DNA from: Camelus dromedarius
Lineage: Eukaryota
DNA: 64,000 nucleotides
Direction: 5' to 3'
Assembly: GCF_036321535.1 (NCBI RefSeq)
Contig: NC_087437.1
Location: forward strand, 2,170,001 to 2,234,000
The position numbers and the translations under genes were made by a program. Below, one piece after another: positions 62,101 to 64,000 of the stretch (the stretch's first letter is position 1; every line of letters starts with the position of its first letter). Below the pieces are notes generated by a model, which did no database searches, was not told where the DNA came from, and saw only the letters and a program-made list of their open reading frames with translations.

Positions 62101-64000
62101 ACATACACACACTAGCCTCTTCCTACTCCTCAATTATGTAGGTAGAGAGACACACTAATCTCCTCCTCCATTAGATAATACATAGACAAACTTAATACAT
62201 TTTTCTCCTCCTCCATTAGATAGATGGAAAGTGAGATTGACCGATACACCCAGTAGCCGCTACCTTCTCCTGTTAGAGATACCGAGAGATAGCCAGACAC
62301 ATGGGATTATTTCTTCTTCTCCATTTGATATAGATAGAGACACACTCACAGACACACAGACAGACAGACACACTACTCTTCTCCTGCTCTGACAGACAGA
62401 GAGATAGACACTCTAGCCTCCTCCTTCTTCTCGAATACATACAGCTGCATAGATAGATATCTCCTATATAGACAGACAGACTTACTAGCTTACTCCTCGT
62501 CCATTCGATGCACACATAGACTGTTAGACAGACACAGTAGCCTCTTCCCCTCTTTGTTACACATACTTTGATAAAGAGACCCGCACGCACACACACACAC
62601 ACATACACACAGGCTAGCATCCTCCTCTTCCTCAAGTAGGTAGATAGGGAGATAGAAACACTAAATTCCTGCTCCGACAGACACACAAATAAAAAGACAC
62701 ACTTGCCTACTGCTGTGCCTGAACTACATAGGTCGATTTTTACACAGATTGATAGATACACAGATAGATAGAGAGATAGATAGGTAGAGAGGCAGGCAAA
62801 TGGAGAGACATAATTTTCGCCTCCTCCTCCAGTAGATATATAGACAGACACACACATAGTCTAGCCTCTCGCATCCTCCAATAGATAGACAATCAGCCAG
62901 GCAGTCAGACAGACTGACACACGTGAGGCGCTGTGCAGTTTGGGGTTGGGTTTCAGCGGCGTCCACCGGGGACAGTTGTGCCCCTGGCGAGTCATAGGAT
63001 TTTATCCCATGTCCCTAGCTGCCTTGCCTGCGGGCGGCCCCCGCTCCCCCAAATTCGACGAACTGAAGCTTTCAAGTTAGCCTGCTCGTGGCAGCAGGCG
63101 TTGTAAGGAAAGTGGAAGAGGTCAGCGGCAGCTCCGGAAGCGGCAGAGCATCTAAGGGGGATGCCTTGGCGAATCGGTCATTTTCCTCCCATTTCCCCCT
63201 CTCCTGGCCTCGGGGCAGCCTCTGCTACCGCAGGAGTGCGGGATTTCGTTGTCCTTCTCAGCCAGGTCCTAGGAAGCTGTCGAGGTGTGCTCAGGGAACA
63301 GGGATTTTACTTCTAGAGGACTGCCTCGGGTGAGCCGATCAGTTTGCTCCCATCTCCAAAAGCGCCTGGCCTGGGGGCGGCCTCTCCTTCCCCAGGTTCC
63401 CAGTATGCATGTTTCCAGCTCAGCCTGTGCCCTTAGGCAGGCGCGGTGTTCTTAGGGGCTGCATTGAGGAGGCGGGGCTGCTCCACCGAGCCCGTGTATT
63501 TGCACAGATCTCCCCGTTGACCGGTCCTAGGGTTGGTCTCTGCTACCCTAGTTACACGATGTACACATCTCGGTGTTTTCCGGCTCCCGGGAGGCAAGTG
63601 CGGGGTGGTCAGGGGGCGGGGTGGGGGGTTGGAGTGGCGGTGGCGCCTACACAGAGGGAAGAAGAGGGATGCACGGGCTGTCCAGGGAAGCCTGTGGATT
63701 TCCATCCAGTGTCCCCCTCGGCGTGCAATAAGGGCGCCCTCTGCTGCTTCAGGGTGGGATTTGGCAACCCTCCAGCTGGGCCTAATAAAGGGAGGCTTCC
63801 TCCATTAGAGAGAGAGACATAAAATAGACAGACAGACACACTAGCCTCTTCCTCCATTTAGAAACACCCATATGTCTTAACCTTCTCCTCCTAATCCATT
63901 ATATAGGTAGACAGATACATACATAGACAGACAGACAGACAGACACACACACACACACAAACCCAAACCCACACACAACCTTCCCTCCTACCAGTCCTCA
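59115..64000. repeat. HOR11, A-B-C, truncated by the window end inside the C spacer
   Basis: Marker ORFs at 59238, 61247 and 63088. Confidence 0.96.

Larger units (their letters stand above)
1..64000. repeat. Macrosatellite tandem array, ~1.85-kb bipartite monomer, ~34.6 copies, organised as ABC higher-order repeats; continues past both window ends
   Basis: Identical ORF sets recur throughout; the A-type marker ORF starts at 124, 7511, 13054, 18597, 24141, 29684, 35223, 42607, 48151, 53695 and 59238. All copies are in the same orientation and there is no unique sequence. Confidence 0.99.

Noticed and set aside
1..64000. CRISPR array or prokaryotic system
   Set aside because: No short repeats with unique spacers and no cas or other genes; the sequence is typical vertebrate satellite.
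1..64000. Assignment to a named macrosatellite (DXZ4, D4Z4, RS447, SST1/NBL2, ZAV)
   Set aside because: I cannot match the monomer sequence to any of these from memory; there is no DUX4 or USP17 ORF, and the monomer length differs from DXZ4, D4Z4 and RS447. A Dfam/BLAST search is needed, so the family is left unnamed.

Overview
The whole 64-kb window is one uninterrupted head-to-tail macrosatellite-type tandem array. It looks vertebrate, probably mammalian, but I cannot name the species or repeat family from sequence alone. It holds about 34.6 monomers of ~1.85 kb. Each monomer has a ~0.88-kb GC/CpG-rich half and a ~0.96-kb half made of a degenerate 'tagacagacacactagcctcctcctccat'-type minisatellite rich in GATA/GACA/CA/CCT. 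Three monomer types (A ~1854, B ~1841-1842, C ~1848 bp) form a 5543-5544-bp higher-order repeat (HOR). Two HORs are 4-mer variants (7387 and 7384 bp) with different junctions. Shared rare SNPs reveal a further ~29.55-kb super-duplication. The GC half is itself about five decayed 160-210-bp subunits, and the last one carries a near-consensus CTCF core motif. That motif has the same orientation in all 35 copies, sits close to the GC/simple-repeat border, and is intact in A and C but carries a CpG transition in B. I found no credible protein-coding gene, RNA gene or transposon; the ORFs supplied are repeat by-products. The main hypothesis is a DXZ4-like CTCF-array chromatin organiser, which is inference and not demonstrated.
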